Below are positions 62,061 to 64,000 of a stretch of 64,000 nucleotides of DNA, in pieces (position 1 is the stretch's first letter; the number at the start of each line of letters is the position of its first letter). The translations under genes and the position numbers were made by a program. The DNA is from Pelomyxa schiedti (taxonomy: Eukaryota; Protista; Evosea): NCBI GenBank assembly GCA_020536535.1, contig JAHLWZ010000423.1:186001-250000 (forward strand), given 5' to 3'. Below the pieces are notes generated by a model, which did not search any database, was not told the DNA's origin, and saw only the letters and a list, made by a program, of their open reading frames with translations.

Positions 62061-64000
62061 ATGAAGTCCGAAAACGAACCCCCGAAGCACAGGCACAACA
62101 CACGCAAAACCTCACTACACCATTCAACTCTTGCAGTTTCACCAATGTGTGTTACACCATGCAACACAACAGCACCTCCTCCTCCACGAATTTTAGCAGT
62201 GAATGAACATCCTCAACAGCTCCATGTTCCACAAGTTGGTGGTAAGTCTGGTCCCCTTGATGCAACAATCAATGAGTGTTCAGAGGACTTTGCTGTTCCT
62301 GTTTCATCACAAGACAACATCACACCTATTGTGGTGTCAGACTCCCCCCCTCAAAGTGCTATTGTTGATACAATCTTGCCTGTATGTTCATCCACACCAG
62401 ATGAACATGGAGTGCCAACCCCCACATCTGTTACCTCAACTGAGGTCACACCCACAACATGTTCTTCTTCTTTCCTGAATGACAACACATCAGTGCCTGT
62501 GCTCCCACATGATACTCTCACAGAGCTACAAGTAAACACATCAGGCCCATGTGCCATGTCCACAACAAATGACTTTTTGGCTGAACCACAACAAAACACT
62601 GGTTCACATGTATGTCTTCTCCCCCAATGTGATCTTCTTAAAATGTAATAGACTTCAATATCTGGTTCACCCACTTCTTCCTGTACAACAGTGTCACAAC
62701 CACGAAGAACCAAGTCGAAAGTTGAAGGTTGTGTGGGAACAAAACTTTCCCTTACATTTTTTTAGGTTGTATGGATGTAATCAACCATTCTTTTGCATTT
62801 GAACAATGTGCCCCAGAGGAAAAATTGCTGCTCTCCAAGTGGAAGGACCTCAACAGTGAGGAACTGAATTCAATTCTTGAATTTTGTGAAGGACATCCAA
62901 AAGTAAGCTTAATGTCATCACATCTCAAGCTTCTCAGGCAAGAAATTGAGGAAAGAAAGATTGAAGTCTTGAAACAGGAGAAACAACAAAGTAGACAACA
63001 ACAAAAACAAAGCCTGTTCATACACTGTTGAAAAGGGGTTTGTATGGCAAGGGGAGGGTTGTGGGCAGCCTGTTGATGGGGTGTTAATTTGGGATGCTGC
63101 AAAAGCTGAGAACACAAAAACCACCAAGTATTTTATTCATCTTGAATGAATGGATGGATACATTTGGGTGTAGGTATTTGTGTTGGGGTTTTTGTATATT
63201 TGTATTGGGATTCTTGGTATTTTTTGTATAGAAATGAGGTGACTTGGTGTGTGTTTATAAAGGAAGGGAAAGGTCTTGGGTATCTCAATGATCTTTCTGT
63301 GAACTTGATTTCCGAACTTGGTAAGTGATGACTCAGCCTCCAAGTCTCCAGTCTCGAGTCTCGTGAGTGTGCCTTGTGCACAGTTTGCCTGTGTGTTCAC
63401 AGAATCACACACAAGAAGTAAGTAATGGCAAAAACCTTGGGGTGCATCCTGATTGTTGTCTTTGTACCAATTGACAACATTCAATCCATCTCACCAACCA
63501 ACCCAGAAGATGTACAAGTTTGTCTAGATATAGCTGTGGGTCTTTGTGAGGCCAGCAGTGCCCGCATCCACAAAGAGAGGTCTGTTTCAGGGGTGACTCA
63601 ACCAAAAGCTTCAAAAATACCCAAAACCTCCAAAACAACTCCATCTTCTCAAACTGATGCCCCCACTGTCATTGCACTTGGTTCTACATCACATACCCCC
63701 CAAAGTGCATCTTCTGCACCTGTGTCACTCAGCCAAGCATTGACTGAAAGACAAAACCAAGGTGGAAATGCAAGGATTGCTATGACCGCTATGCAGGTAA
63801 CACAGGCACTTGCCACACAATCTGTTGTAAGTGAGCTGTTTTTTAAATGCTTTGGTCGACACAACTCCAAGAGACTGTGGCTGCCTTGAGAGCTGAGAGC
63901 AAGGCACAGCTTCAATGCATACATGAACAACACAGAAGCTGCTTTGGAAGCACAAGCAAGAGAAACAAGAGATGGAAAAGAAGCATCAAGCTGACATTGA
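62061..64000 (+). pseudogene. CpG-depleted, intron-containing, apparently frame-disrupted coding region, possibly part of a mobile element; runs off the right edge
   Basis: Plus-strand ORF pieces 62061-62648, 62729-63031 and 63425-63889. I could not join them without frameshifts or stops near 63010 and 63930. CpG is very scarce. Confidence 0.4.

Noticed and set aside
63029-63109. Three in-frame TGA codons in a Cys-rich frame, suggesting selenocysteine, recoding or CGA-to-TGA decay
   Set aside because: An alternative frame (KACSYTVEKGFVWQGEG...) is open across the same stretch, so a single frameshift explains it. TGA is a normal stop elsewhere in the window (POLD1).

Overview
Gene-dense eukaryotic (protist) DNA with about 22 protein-coding genes. 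Most are split by many very short (~40-60 nt) spliceosomal introns, so the ORF track is fragmented. Intergenic gaps are often under 250 bp. The style suggests an amoebozoan such as an archamoeba (Pelomyxa-like), but that is only my inference. Recognisable genes: UTP10/HEATR1, a CEP350-like protein, F-box/WD40, SEC23, a Fyv7/TAP26-like protein, POLD1, TPR/Mlp1, a RIOK3-like kinase, MATH-BTB, a SHIP-like inositol 5-phosphatase, Ras and a cAMP-receptor-like GPCR. The most unusual loci are: (1) an intact, intron-containing 'mini-Prp8' gene with only the RNase H-like, Jab1/MPN and PROCT tail regions, starting ~100 bp after POLD1; (2) a Cys-less pentameric ligand-gated ion channel fused to N-terminal PIMT-like methyltransferase and SAM-like domains, with no signal peptide; (3) a Sel1-repeat/SAM-like/caspase-family protease head-to-head with a pogo/CENP-B-type DNA-binding gene lacking the DDE domain; (4) a Crinkler-type NTPase+REase gene; (5) a CpG-depleted, probably mobile, decayed element at the right end. 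Exon structures were traced by eye and all homology calls come from remembered motifs, not database searches.
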